Virus record (IMG/VR): IMGVR_UViG_3300017649_000186 | Span: 1-44,807 of that record | Strand: one strand, 5' to 3' | DNA: 44,807 nt | Source: a virus | Lineage: Duplodnaviria; Caudoviricetes | Part shown: in pieces, positions 18,722-27,913 of the stretch | How positions within the stretch are numbered: the stretch's first letter is position 1 | How the letters are laid out: each line of letters begins with the position of its first letter | Translations under genes and position numbers: made by a program | The notes under the pieces: generated by a model | What the model was told of the DNA's origin: nothing | Database searches by the model: none | The model's input: the letters and a program-made list of their open reading frames with translations, nothing else

Positions 18722-19308
18722 ACCCGCCTCGTGCGCCGTGCTTCAGCTACCTTGGAGCGATACATATTCCGGGCTGGGTTCTGCTGATCGAGGTGCGGGC
18801 GGGCCATCATAAGCCAGTCATCGGCGCGAGCCTCGCGATTGTCGGCTTCTTTGAAATCTTCATTCAAACCGCGCAGAATTCCCGCCTCGACGCGCAACGT
18901 CAGAATCTGCTCCGCCATTGGGTGCCAGATTGCGCCCGGAGCCTCGCGGACGATCTTCGCGTAAATCTCATCCTCATACCGACAGCTGAGAATGAAACCC
19001 ATGATCTCATAATCGACCAGCAACACATTGCCGTAGTAGATTTCCTTCACATGAAGGACTTGTGGCGGTGCCGGAATGCGAAAACAGTTTTCAGGGAAAT
19101 GCCGAGACTTATTCTCATTGTCTGGCGCTCTGACAAGCTTTTCAATCGTCGTCGCAAATGGCCAAGTATGCATCGACGATAGGAGCTTGATCGCTGCGTC
19201 GAACGCAGTGTCCGCGACCATGTATTCGTCGGAATCCTCGTAAAGCGTGTTTACGCGGTTGTTTCCTGTATTGATGAGCGCGTTGTTGAGAACTTGTAAC
19301 TTGTCCAT
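18718..19308 (-). CDS. Tail tubular protein A / adaptor
   Basis: L.VLNNALINTG...HTWPFA motif, 196 aa. Confidence 0.8.
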   Translation of the reverse strand: MDKLQVLNNALINTGNNRVNTLYEDSDEYMVADTAFDAAIKLLSSMHTWPFATTIEKLVRAPDNENKSRHFPENCFRIPAPPQVLHVKEIYYGNVLLVDYEIMGFILSCRYEDEIYAKIVREAPGAIWHPMAEQILTLRVEAGILRGLNEDFKEADNREARADDWLMMARPHLDQQNPARNMYRSKVAEARRTRRV

Positions 19309-19339
19309 GCGCAGAATTTGGCTGAGGTACGGCAGACCA

Positions 19340-19350
19340 GCAAAGCACAG
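19340..19350 (-). promoter_or_regulatory. Late-promoter motif upstream of tail tube A (probably leaderless)
   Basis: CTGTGCTTTGC; TTGCtg-17-CAAATT-6 nt-ATG. Confidence 0.72.
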
Positions 19351-19362
19351 GGCAAATAAGTG

Positions 19363-19393
19363 AAAAGGCCGGAGGCGTTAAACCCCCGGCCTT
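19363..19393 (-). terminator. Rho-independent terminator after the capsid operon
   Basis: AAGGCCGGGGG..CCTCCGGCCTTTT on the minus strand. Confidence 0.65.
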
Positions 19394-19430
19394 CTGAGCA
19401 GCACGTGCCGCGATGGAGATACGCGCCGCG

Positions 19431-19688
19431 TCAGCCTTTGTTCTGTTCGGCCTTGGCCTTGTCTTCGGTACCGGCTCCGAGCAAATCAGTCTTGTCCTGA
19501 TCGGTCTTGTCGTTGGTGCCCGCATCGGATGCATCCGTCTTCGCGTCAGCCTTCGGCTGCTTGGCCTTGGGCCACGGCTCGGCGCTCCATTCGTCGGAGT
19601 GCTGACGCAGTGCCCGGTTTGCGTCGATAGCTGCCATCTCGTAGCCTTTGCCATCGCGCTTGAAATAGATCGTTTTGTTATCCGGCAT
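19431..19688 (-). CDS. Hypothetical phage protein (charged, low complexity)
   Basis: MPDNKTIYFKRDGKG...; AAGGAG RBS upstream. Confidence 0.6.
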   Translation of the reverse strand: MPDNKTIYFKRDGKGYEMAAIDANRALRQHSDEWSAEPWPKAKQPKADAKTDASDAGTNDKTDQDKTDLLGAGTEDKAKAEQNKG

Positions 19689-19731
19689 TTCCATATCTCC
19701 TTGGAGAAAGGGCGCTTTCGCGCCCCCTCGA

Positions 19732-20160
19732 TTAATACTTGGTGGAAGCCCACGCCTTGAAATTGACCGACGGGGTGGTACCGGCGACATCGACATAAAC
19801 GCGGACGTAATCATAAATCACGTCGTTGATGTCGGTGTGGAACGGGACTTCGTATCGACCGATGAGCGAGGTGATTGCGCCGCCTGGCCGAACCGCCGTA
19901 TTTCCGAGGTTGAGAACAGCAAGGTTCTCTTTCGCACCCGAGAAGTCAGCCGTGTTGCTGCCCTGGATGATGATATTGTATACGTTATCAGCGCCCACAG
20001 TGATCGCCGAAACGTCAATCAGCATTACGGCTTCGAAGCGCCCGGCGCCAACCTTGATGATCTTCGCGGAGCCGTCTACAGTTGCCGCGCCATCGGCGGT
20101 AACTGCACCGGCATCCTTGAAAATAAGCTCTTTGTCCTGGTTAAAAATCCGCTGGCCCAT
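19732..20160 (-). CDS. Capsid decoration/cement protein
   Basis: 142 aa beta-rich ORF directly after the capsid gene; CAGGAG RBS. Confidence 0.65.
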   Translation of the reverse strand: MGQRIFNQDKELIFKDAGAVTADGAATVDGSAKIIKVGAGRFEAVMLIDVSAITVGADNVYNIIIQGSNTADFSGAKENLAVLNLGNTAVRPGGAITSLIGRYEVPFHTDINDVIYDYVRVYVDVAGTTPSVNFKAWASTKY

Positions 20161-20225
20161 AGCCAATCTCCTGTCAGAGTTGGCCGGGATCAAACCCGGC
20201 CATGGTTCACAAAAGTCGGCTCGCC

Positions 20226-21167
20226 TTACTTGACGATGGCCGCGTCAGTAATCGAATCCAGCGCCGTCAAGCAGAAGTCACTGTCATCGACGAGGCCAAC
20301 ATCCCAGGAGACATTCGTGCCGTAAAACACGTTGTCGGGCTGGAGCAGGCCAAGGTCTTCGGCTTGGATGTTCGTCAACTGAATGCCGTGAAGACCTTCT
20401 TCAGTGAACGAAACAACAAAGATCGAAGTCGTCTGCGCAGCGCCGCCACCGAAGCCAACTTCGTTGAATGGCAGAATTGCGCTATGACGGTCCTTGGGGT
20501 AGCCGGTCAGGATCGGCAGATCATTATAGCTGGTGACCGGACGCCCCATGCTGTCGCGGGTCTGCGAGATGTAACCGCCGATGGTGGTGTCACGCATCGC
20601 CCCGATGAAGCGGCGCTTCAAGGCGCGGCTCATGATGAGGTGCGTCGGGTTCGTGGTGTTGTCGATCGCTTCATCAAGCGCAGCGAGTGACAGAGCAGCA
20701 CCACCGGAAGCCGTCGAATTATGAATGCGACGGCCATTGGCAACCGTTGCACGAGCTTTCACGCCGTTGAATTCCTTCGGGTTCGACTTGTTGTCGCCAT
20801 TGATGAAGGTGTCAGTGAAAAGCGTCGATTGGCGCTTCATCTGCATCGCTTCTTCACGGGCGCGGCGTTCTGGGCCGTGGCGGCGGATGATTGCCTTGTC
20901 GACCTTCAGAATAGTGTCGATAGGAAAGCTGGTTTCCTGAAACGGCGCAATCTTGCCCTGGGATTCGCTCGCGCCTTCGTTGATCGCGCGGAACTGCGCA
21001 TTGCCGATATCGGTTTCGCGATAACCTTCATACGAGCCGCCGGAGAAACCGGAGAACGGAAGGGCCGCAACGATGTCGGAATGCTCCGCGAAAGTCTCGA
21101 TCAGAGGACGTTCGATGCTCTTTTTTTCGAGACCCTTGGCATATTCGGGAAGGGTAATGGCTGGCAT
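20226..21167 (-). CDS. Major capsid protein (HK97 fold)
   Basis: 313 aa; TLPEYAK, FRAINEG and FINGD...KEFNG motifs; between scaffold and decoration genes. Confidence 0.85.
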   Translation of the reverse strand: MPAITLPEYAKGLEKKSIERPLIETFAEHSDIVAALPFSGFSGGSYEGYRETDIGNAQFRAINEGASESQGKIAPFQETSFPIDTILKVDKAIIRRHGPERRAREEAMQMKRQSTLFTDTFINGDNKSNPKEFNGVKARATVANGRRIHNSTASGGAALSLAALDEAIDNTTNPTHLIMSRALKRRFIGAMRDTTIGGYISQTRDSMGRPVTSYNDLPILTGYPKDRHSAILPFNEVGFGGGAAQTTSIFVVSFTEEGLHGIQLTNIQAEDLGLLQPDNVFYGTNVSWDVGLVDDSDFCLTALDSITDAAIVK

Positions 21168-21190
21168 TGGTGTTTTTCCTCAGCAGTCGG

Positions 21191-22096
21191 TCAGAGCGAA
21201 CGGGGCATAATTCCGCGCGCGTAGTTGATCCGTTCGGTTGGCGATAGTTTCTGATATTCCTCATCAGAAAGTTCGGCTGGTGTGGCATCGCGGCCCCCGT
21301 TCGGATTGCCCCGAACGTCTCCTCGGACAAGGCGCTGTAGCGCCTCGAAAGCTTCGACCTGTTTGGCGGTGAACATCATGCCGCGCAGCGCGGCGCCGTG
21401 TTCCTTGCCAAGCTTGGCATCAAGGAATGTCGTGACCGCGTTCACACGCTCGGCACCACGAGAGCCAAGTTTCTCGCGTTCAGCCGACGCGGCCTCTTGG
21501 AGTCGCTTGTTCTCGCTGATATCCATGTTCACGCCCATGGCGAGAACATCTTCGAATTGTGCCTGCGACCAGTTTTGCGAATGTGCGACCTCGCGCAAAA
21601 GCTGGATGCGAGGATCATCGGCGTTGAGCACCATTTCGCCTTCTGGCACCTTCACGTCCTCAGGGAGCTTGAAGGTGGCTGGCAGCCGAATTTCATATTT
21701 GTCGGCACTGTCAGGAACTTGAGCGAGCTCGGCTTCACGGCTGGCCTTGAATGCAACGAGATCGTTGTAAGCGTCTGCCTTGAAGCCAGCCTTTTCATCC
21801 CAGAGTTCTTCAGGGAGGTAATCGGGGCGCTGTAGCTGTTGATCGCCTTCGGCCTTGGCGGCCTGATCGCCACCGTCGCCAGCACCAGCATTGGCGTTTG
21901 CGCCATCGTCACCGCTTTGTCCACCGTCGCCGCCGCCCGATCCTCCGCCATCTTCCGGCGCAAATACTGGCTTCGGACCATACATCGTGGCGCCGAACGC
22001 AATGTTACCGGCCAGCGGGGCCGTGACGCCTGCTTTTGCGCTGTTCTGGTTGAGGTTTGCTTCGGCGGTATCGTTCATTGTCAGTTTCGGGTCCAT
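21191..22096 (-). CDS. Capsid assembly scaffolding protein
   Basis: Gly-rich acidic N-terminus, RPDYLPEELWD motif, helical; upstream of the capsid gene. Confidence 0.7.
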   Translation of the reverse strand: MDPKLTMNDTAEANLNQNSAKAGVTAPLAGNIAFGATMYGPKPVFAPEDGGGSGGGDGGQSGDDGANANAGAGDGGDQAAKAEGDQQLQRPDYLPEELWDEKAGFKADAYNDLVAFKASREAELAQVPDSADKYEIRLPATFKLPEDVKVPEGEMVLNADDPRIQLLREVAHSQNWSQAQFEDVLAMGVNMDISENKRLQEAASAEREKLGSRGAERVNAVTTFLDAKLGKEHGAALRGMMFTAKQVEAFEALQRLVRGDVRGNPNGGRDATPAELSDEEYQKLSPTERINYARGIMPRSL

Positions 22097-22313
22097 CGCT
22101 ACCCAATCCCTTCATTCCAGCTGTGATCAAATCTGCCGCGAATGTGCGGCGACCATGCTGGACGTGCAAAGCACAGGTCTCGGGAACGCCGATGGCTTCC
22201 AATTCTGACTGTAGATATTCGAGGAACGGGCGGGCTTCTTTCTGCCGGAAAATCCACCGGATAGAGTTTTGGACTTCCTCGTCGTGAAGCTTAGCTTGCG
22301 CCATTGTCGCCAC
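22005..22313 (-). CDS. Small phage protein between portal and scaffold
   Basis: ORF overlapping the portal stop; conserved position in BPP-1-like head modules. Confidence 0.55.
   Translation of the reverse strand: MATMAQAKLHDEEVQNSIRWIFRQKEARPFLEYLQSELEAIGVPETCALHVQHGRRTFAADLITAGMKGLGSDGPETDNERYRRSKPQPEQRKSRRHGPAGR
22166..22176 (-). promoter_or_regulatory. Late-promoter motif upstream of scaffold/capsid
   Basis: CTGTGCTTTGC; TTGCac-17-CACATT. Confidence 0.68.
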
Positions 22314-23895
22314 CTTCCGGCCCGCCTGCGGCTTGGGTCAGGATTTGTTGAACAAGCTGCGTGGCGGTTTCCTTGTCGCGCAAGGTAATCACCTCATCTT
22401 TGCTAAGGCGCTTCATGTTCTCAATCGTTGACATTTCGTCGATTGCGGCCTGCGACGTTACAGGGAAATATCCCTTGATAGCATTCAGGAGATTGCCCGC
22501 TGTCTGGAGCTTCTGGGCGTCCTGTGCCTGCGTTGCCGGATTGTTCGGCGTCACCGTGATCTTGCTACCGTTGACCTCAATCGGGTCGAGCTTCCCATCC
22601 TTGTCGAGCAGATACTCGAACCGGCGGAACACCTCATACGGGCCCTCGCGCCAGAACTTCAGTCCCGGCGTGCCGATACGGCGTTGCGAGCGGACCATCT
22701 CATCCATCCACTGCGTTGCCGATGGCGGAGTGTCGCCGCGCTGTTCGGGATAGTCAGCGAAGAACTTGCGGCGGACCTTCTTTTCCAGATCGGCAACCGT
22801 ATAGAACCCAAGATCGGCATCGCCGCCGAAATAGAGCTTCTCGATTTCGCCGCGCTGCCCCGGTCGCTTCGGATAGCCCTTGCCGGACTCAAGACCGCCC
22901 TCGAAATTCAATATGCCGTCGTCGGGATATGCAAACGGCGGCGATAGAGCGAGGTCGACATGATCCTGCGTTGCCGCCGTAATCACATCGAGAATGCGGA
23001 ATTCCTGCAAGGACTTGATCGCGGGGCCGTTGCCCCAAGCGTGAAGTTTGTCTGGAGAAAGGCGTGCAATGATGAGCGGCAGGCATCCGGAGCCAGAAAG
23101 CGTGGTGTGATGTACAAGCTTTCGGTCAACGAGAAGGACGTGAATCCAGTCGTCATCGTGCGGCTTGCTCCAGTCTCGCCAGAAGCCCCAGGCAATTTCG
23201 ATCTTGGCTTTTGAATTGCTCTGAATTTTCCGCTCAACATCGGCGGGTAATTCCTGATCGGGTAATACCGACCGAATTTTGCTGGCAGTCACATGGCGAA
23301 CGCGAAAACGATCGTCGATCTCGCCGTCAGGTCCGACGTTGAATTCTAGCTCGCGCGTCGGAACGTGTTCGGCGCGGTATGGCCTGCCACCGCCGGGCGC
23401 ATCGATCCACCAGGCAACAGTTCCAAGCGAGGCGTCGGGGTCGAGCGATGTAGCCAGTTCGGCATTGAAATTCGAAGCGTTGATCGCTGCAAAGACCGTG
23501 GCGTCGTAAACAGGCAGCAATTTCTTGAGATCGTTCATTTCGGCTGAATTTTCTTCGATCCCCGCAAGAACCGCCGCATCAGCCGTGCTTTCCGCCCATC
23601 GAACATTTTGAGGGAAGAATGCCGAAATCAGTTCAGTCGCGAAATCTTCACTTACCTCGGGGCCGATCCCTGTGGCTAGATCGTCCACGTCTTCGATGCG
23701 CTTGGACGGCGCCGACCGGGAAGAAACGTCGCGAGACAGGCGAGGGCGGGTGAAGAAATAGGACTCCTGCAAGTCCTTGACGACTAAATCCTTTTGCCCG
23801 CGCGCATCCTGTAGACGTGAATTCGCCTCACGTTCGAGGTTCTTCAGCGTTTCGTCTGGAGCGGCAGGCTTTGAGGTTTTCGCCATGTCGATCAA
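22291..23895 (-). CDS. Portal (head-to-tail connector) protein
   Basis: 534 aa; WGNGPA and TPPSATQW motifs typical of T7/BPP-1-type connectors; position after terminase. Confidence 0.85.
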   Translation of the reverse strand: MIDMAKTSKPAAPDETLKNLEREANSRLQDARGQKDLVVKDLQESYFFTRPRLSRDVSSRSAPSKRIEDVDDLATGIGPEVSEDFATELISAFFPQNVRWAESTADAAVLAGIEENSAEMNDLKKLLPVYDATVFAAINASNFNAELATSLDPDASLGTVAWWIDAPGGGRPYRAEHVPTRELEFNVGPDGEIDDRFRVRHVTASKIRSVLPDQELPADVERKIQSNSKAKIEIAWGFWRDWSKPHDDDWIHVLLVDRKLVHHTTLSGSGCLPLIIARLSPDKLHAWGNGPAIKSLQEFRILDVITAATQDHVDLALSPPFAYPDDGILNFEGGLESGKGYPKRPGQRGEIEKLYFGGDADLGFYTVADLEKKVRRKFFADYPEQRGDTPPSATQWMDEMVRSQRRIGTPGLKFWREGPYEVFRRFEYLLDKDGKLDPIEVNGSKITVTPNNPATQAQDAQKLQTAGNLLNAIKGYFPVTSQAAIDEMSTIENMKRLSKDEVITLRDKETATQLVQQILTQAAGGPEGGDNGAS

Positions 23896-24053
23896 CGCAT
23901 GATAGGCGCGGTTGACGAGCGAGTGCCATAACGACGCATAGCGTCATTGGTTCGGCGGGTCACATCGTCCTGAATTGCCTGAATTTGCTCAAGTCGGGAT
24001 TGTTCTTCCTGAGCTTTCAGCGCTGGGTCTTCCTTGGGTTTCATCGTCATCAT
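23892..24053 (-). CDS. Small hypothetical protein (53 aa)
   Basis: MMTMKPKEDPALKAQEEQSRLEQIQAIQDDVTRRTNDAMRRYGTRSSTAPIMR; stop overlaps the portal start. Confidence 0.55.
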   Translation of the reverse strand: MMTMKPKEDPALKAQEEQSRLEQIQAIQDDVTRRTNDAMRRYGTRSSTAPIMR

Positions 24054-24474
24054 CCACTACGATTGTTCCACCGTTGGCGAGACAATGGCGAAGAAGTGCG
24101 TCAGGGCGCAAAGCACAGGTGCGCAATCCGAGCAAATGAGCGACGGCAGTGACGCACCACAGACCGGGCTTGAATTTCATGGTTTCATCGTCGGGATTTG
24201 CCGCGGGCATCCTCACGATCTTGCCCATTTTCGAGTAATGAGCCAGAAATCGGTCTGATTTTTCGTCAGGCACCATCAAAACGCGCGTTCTGCCGGTCAG
24301 ATAGTCGAAGAAGACCCAGTCACCGGACCACGGCACGCGCCCAAACGCCGAAACGTGTTTGTATCGACCCCATGCCAGCCAATTCACCCACCGGCGCAAG
24401 GAATCGCGATGGAATACCACGAACCATTCAGCCGGCTCGCACTCTGCAAGCGTAAATCCGTCCTCAGAAACCAC
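23989..24474 (-). CDS. Hypothetical protein, possibly permuted papain-like (His...Cys)
   Basis: GTG start overlapping the terL end; YKHVSAF ... WCVTAVAHLLG. Confidence 0.55.
   Translation of the reverse strand: MVSEDGFTLAECEPAEWFVVFHRDSLRRWVNWLAWGRYKHVSAFGRVPWSGDWVFFDYLTGRTRVLMVPDEKSDRFLAHYSKMGKIVRMPAANPDDETMKFKPGLWCVTAVAHLLGLRTCALRPDALLRHCLANGGTIVVDDDDETQGRPSAESSGRTIPT
24108..24118 (-). promoter_or_regulatory. Late-promoter motif upstream of the small ORF and portal
   Basis: CTGTGCTTTGC; TTGCgc-18-CATTGT. Confidence 0.62.
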
Positions 24475-26062
24475 CGCGCCGCCTCGTTTTTGGTCGCATA
24501 TTCGTTGAAACAGGTTGGCCCGAGCCGCGATGTTCGCGACCAACAGCCGCCCGACCCTCGCCAGCACCAAGCATCATGTATTGCAGCGCATCGGCGATGT
24601 CGGAATAGCGGTCTTTCTCGGGCGTATCCTTGTGGTTTGCTGTGCCTTTGAGGCGTGCGAAGTGATATCCGCCAGCGCACGCGACTTTCAGCGTTCGGCA
24701 GTTCGTCCCGCAAACCACAAATCGCGGCGATCCATTCACCATCGTAATCATCGCATGTTCGACGGCTTCAATGCGGGTCTGAATGTGGTTGTTCTTCACC
24801 GGCGCCGGTTCAACCGGCATCCCTTGCGAGCGGAAAATGTCGTAAGCTGTGTGTTCATCGGCCTGCGTTCCGTCTGCCCCCTTTGGATCGCCGTAAAACT
24901 CGACTTGAAAACCATCCCCTGAACTCGAATGGCGTCCGGCGCGCGTTGCCGTCCAATCGCCAAGCCGCTGCGTCAACAGTCTGGAAACTTGCGGAGCAAA
25001 CAGCGATGCGCCCTGATCGCGTGCGGTCAGTTCTGCGAAAATGCGCCACCGGCCATTCACAATCTGCCCGGCAACCATCGCTGGGTTTCGACCGAAGTCG
25101 AGCCCGACATAGACCGGCCAACCTGGGATAGGATCAAGCGGCGTCTTGGAAACATGGGTTTCCTCGTTGAATTGCTGCCAGACTGGCTTGCCATCAACGA
25201 AAACAGTGATCTTGTTCAACACGCGGCTGTCGATCCACTGTTTCGATTTGCCCTTGATCTTTTCCTCGTAATATCCCGGCTTCAGCCAGCGGATATTCTC
25301 GGCGAGCGGGTTCATCTTGTAGCCGATGAGCGTGCCCGACCCGTCGCGCTCCTCGATCATCGCAGGAGGCTGAACGAAATAGCCCCAATTGTCCGGCTTG
25401 CGATAGGATAGCCGTTCTTCCTCCGTCCAGTTGTCCGGCAAGGGAACTTCACCCATCATGAGCGGTATCCAGTGATCCTCACGCGGCGCGTTCATATCGG
25501 CGATCACGCCGTCCCACTTCGCGCCGCCGTCCTTCACCGCCGGATATCGACCAGTTCGCGATTCCGCTTCGTCGACGATATCCTTTTCGATGAACTCCAA
25601 CTCGTTGAACCAGAAGCCGGTCACTTCGAATGAACGCATCTTGCGAACATCGTCTGGGCTGTCGAGAGCGATGAAATAGACTTCCATGTCCATATCGCCG
25701 ACGCGGATCATGTGGCGGAATGGCCGGTCCCAATAAAACCGCCCGTATTGTTCTTCCGGCAGCCAATCGAGCCAGGTCTTAACCGTCGTATTCTTCAAAT
25801 CGGGGAATGTGTTGCGGACCACGCACCACCGTGTATGACGAAAACCCGTATCGGGGTTCTTGTGCTGCTCCATCGAAATCGCGAGCATCTTCATGATCGA
25901 TGCCGACGATGTGCCTGAACCGATGGAACCGCGGATAATCGAAACGTGCGACCGATCGGCGATATATTCCGCCAGCACCCGACCGCCGGGCCGGTATATC
26001 TTGCGGCCCTGTTCGTCGCGGTCGATCTTGGGAAGGGGAGCTTTTTCTTCGATGTCAGTCAT
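24464..26062 (-). CDS. terL: Terminase large subunit
   Basis: Walker A-like RGSIGSGTS, VVRNTFPDLKNTT, FWFNE (Walker B), DMNAP, GLDFGRNPA nuclease motif, SDIADALQY. Confidence 0.9.
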   Translation of the reverse strand: MTDIEEKAPLPKIDRDEQGRKIYRPGGRVLAEYIADRSHVSIIRGSIGSGTSSASIMKMLAISMEQHKNPDTGFRHTRWCVVRNTFPDLKNTTVKTWLDWLPEEQYGRFYWDRPFRHMIRVGDMDMEVYFIALDSPDDVRKMRSFEVTGFWFNELEFIEKDIVDEAESRTGRYPAVKDGGAKWDGVIADMNAPREDHWIPLMMGEVPLPDNWTEEERLSYRKPDNWGYFVQPPAMIEERDGSGTLIGYKMNPLAENIRWLKPGYYEEKIKGKSKQWIDSRVLNKITVFVDGKPVWQQFNEETHVSKTPLDPIPGWPVYVGLDFGRNPAMVAGQIVNGRWRIFAELTARDQGASLFAPQVSRLLTQRLGDWTATRAGRHSSSGDGFQVEFYGDPKGADGTQADEHTAYDIFRSQGMPVEPAPVKNNHIQTRIEAVEHAMITMVNGSPRFVVCGTNCRTLKVACAGGYHFARLKGTANHKDTPEKDRYSDIADALQYMMLGAGEGRAAVGREHRGSGQPVSTNMRPKTRRRGGF

Positions 26063-26241
26063 CGATCCTCATCCCGAATGAAGCCAATCTGGTCCATCAT
26101 GCGAATGATTGGAAATCCGTCCGCATCAATGATGCCCGTATCTACCGGTTCAGGCTCATGCACTGTTCGCGGCAGGCTATCGAGCGCATTGGCTTCGTAC
26201 CAATCCATACGAGGGCGACGGGGAGATACGTATCGGGTCAT
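26059..26241 (-). CDS. Hypothetical protein (60 aa)
   Basis: GGAG RBS; stop overlaps the terL start. Confidence 0.55.
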   Translation of the reverse strand: MTRYVSPRRPRMDWYEANALDSLPRTVHEPEPVDTGIIDADGFPIIRMMDQIGFIRDEDR

Positions 26242-26398
26242 CGCGAATTCTCCAACAGGTTAAAAAAAATCTGACCGGTCGTTCCAAAGGGGGAAATTGC
26301 GTGTGTGGGGGTGGACTGGAGATTCAGCCCGCGATTTTTGGGGGCCACCCCTCAAAGGCCCGAAATCGAGAACGAAGGGGGTACGGGGTGCGCGTTCC

Positions 26399-26950
26399 TC
26401 AGCCCTCATCAGGAACGTTCTCCTGAGATATCAACTGGTTAACATGCTCATGCTCCAGATGTTCTATCTGTTGCGCATGTTTCGGCTCTGGCGAACGGCT
26501 GAATTCAGACAGGTCTATGACGTATCCAGGTGTCTCGACGTTCGTCGTGTTGTTGATCTGCACGTTGACAGATGCGCCAACCGTGTGAGTGCCACGGTTC
26601 TGGCCATCAAGGTATTCAGCGGCCTTGAACTTCACCGACGAATTCTTGTCGTCGAGCAGTTCACCCATCGTGTGTAGCGCGCGGGGCCGGAGGCTAGTCC
26701 GTAACACCTCCTGACACTCATTGAGATAAGCAAGGACTTGGGGCTTTAAGAGCGCCTGTCTCATCGCTTCGTCCGACATTCCCACGGTTTTGGTGGCTTG
26801 AGCCCGTGTCATGCCCTCGAACACCATGGCTTCGATTACGGCCTTCTGTTTCGGCGTAACCTTGGGCTCTTTTTTTTCTTTTCGAAGCTGTGCGGCGGCT
26901 TTTTGCGCTTTTGCGCTGTAATGGGCTGCTCTGCGTGCTGGGAATGCCAT
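26399..26950 (-). CDS. terS: Terminase small subunit (putative)
   Basis: HTH-like N-half (TPKQKAVIEAMV..GMTRAQA), KFKAAEYLD; upstream of terL. Confidence 0.65.
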   Translation of the reverse strand: MAFPARRAAHYSAKAQKAAAQLRKEKKEPKVTPKQKAVIEAMVFEGMTRAQATKTVGMSDEAMRQALLKPQVLAYLNECQEVLRTSLRPRALHTMGELLDDKNSSVKFKAAEYLDGQNRGTHTVGASVNVQINNTTNVETPGYVIDLSEFSRSPEPKHAQQIEHLEHEHVNQLISQENVPDEG

Positions 26951-27040
26951 GGAGTTCGCGGCTCAAACGGTTAATCGAGTGATCTTGCATTGAACGAAGG
27001 GTGTGTCCGCGCGAAGCGGTAGAATGTTGCGGAAAAGCAC

Positions 27041-27051
27041 GCAAAGCACAG
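27041..27051 (-). promoter_or_regulatory. Late-promoter motif upstream of terS
   Basis: CTGTGCTTTGC; TTGCgt-17-TACCGC. Confidence 0.68.
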
Positions 27052-27123
27052 GTGAAAAGCGCAATGAAAACAATGGTCCGACTGTGGACGGATTTTTGTG
27101 TCTATTTGGTCACACCTCAAAAC

Positions 27124-27242
27124 CTTGCATTAAATGCAAGATTGCCTGTTTGGACACGGTAATGACTCGCATGTGGCGTTATTGGCGTTCAATCGTGCAA
27201 TATATGCGCCGGTGAGCATAAATATGATGCATTTAATGCAAG
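27124..27242. promoter_or_regulatory. Palindromic operator-like sites and a rightward promoter
   Basis: CTTGCATTAAATGCAAG (27124-27140), CGTGCAATATATGCGCC (27194-27210), GATGCATTTAATGCAAG (27226-27242); TTGACG at 27250. Confidence 0.55.
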
Positions 27243-27331
27243 AGATGGCTTGACGATCGTGCATAGATGGTGTTTGCTTTGGTCATAGGCCGATGCCAGC
27301 GGCCTCAACCTCGCAAAATGGAGACATCATC

Positions 27332-27508
27332 ATGACACGTGAACAGAAGCTTCAACTCGTTTGGTCGAAGACACATAGCGACTTCAAAGGCACTTATGAG
27401 GATCGTCGGGCAATCATGGTTTGCCGCAACGGTGCGACTGTCTTGTCGTTTCTCGATGAACTGACCGACGCCGAAATCGATGCGCGACTGCCTAAGAAGG
27501 CCGCCTGA
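27332..27508 (+). CDS. Hypothetical protein
   Basis: GGAG RBS; MTREQKLQLVWSKTHSDFKG. Confidence 0.6.
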   Translation: MTREQKLQLVWSKTHSDFKGTYEDRRAIMVCRNGATVLSFLDELTDAEIDARLPKKAA

Positions 27509-27537
27509 TCAACAAACGAGTTGGGAGACACCCGAAA

Positions 27538-27855
27538 ATGACCGTCATCAATACCCCGGCAGAACTGAAAAACCGCCTCTTGGATGCAGTCATCATGTTC
27601 AATGACGGCATTAGCACGAACAAGGCGCGCATCATTAACGTCGGCAACATGGATGACGATGGCAACCTCGTTTACCTGCACGTCTCTAGCCTTGAGAAGT
27701 TTCGCCAGCAGAAGAATGGCAAGAACCCCGTTCAGTATTGCGGTTGGTACGACATTGACGAATTAAAATTCGAGGATAGCGACCAAGCGATCACGGACTT
27801 TTACCGCGACCGCCACAAGAGCGGCCTCGGCTCTAGGAATGGCACCACCCGCTAA
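27538..27855 (+). CDS. Hypothetical protein
   Basis: 105 aa ORF with GGGAG RBS. Confidence 0.65.
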   Translation: MTVINTPAELKNRLLDAVIMFNDGISTNKARIINVGNMDDDGNLVYLHVSSLEKFRQQKNGKNPVQYCGWYDIDELKFEDSDQAITDFYRDRHKSGLGSRNGTTR

Positions 27856-27913
27856 GCCTTCCGGTTTCCGCCCGGAAGGGCGGTTTCCCGAATGCTTAAC
27901 CGGAGAGAACAAT

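Noticed and set aside
21121-21128. A8 run early in the capsid gene as a programmed frameshift site
   Set aside because: Explained by Glu-Lys-Lys codons; no supporting alternative frame or downstream structure identified
2977-27051. CTGTGCTTTGC read as a sigma54 promoter or as CRISPR repeats
   Set aside because: No TGGCAC at the -24 position; copies are dispersed, not regularly spaced, and there are no cas genes
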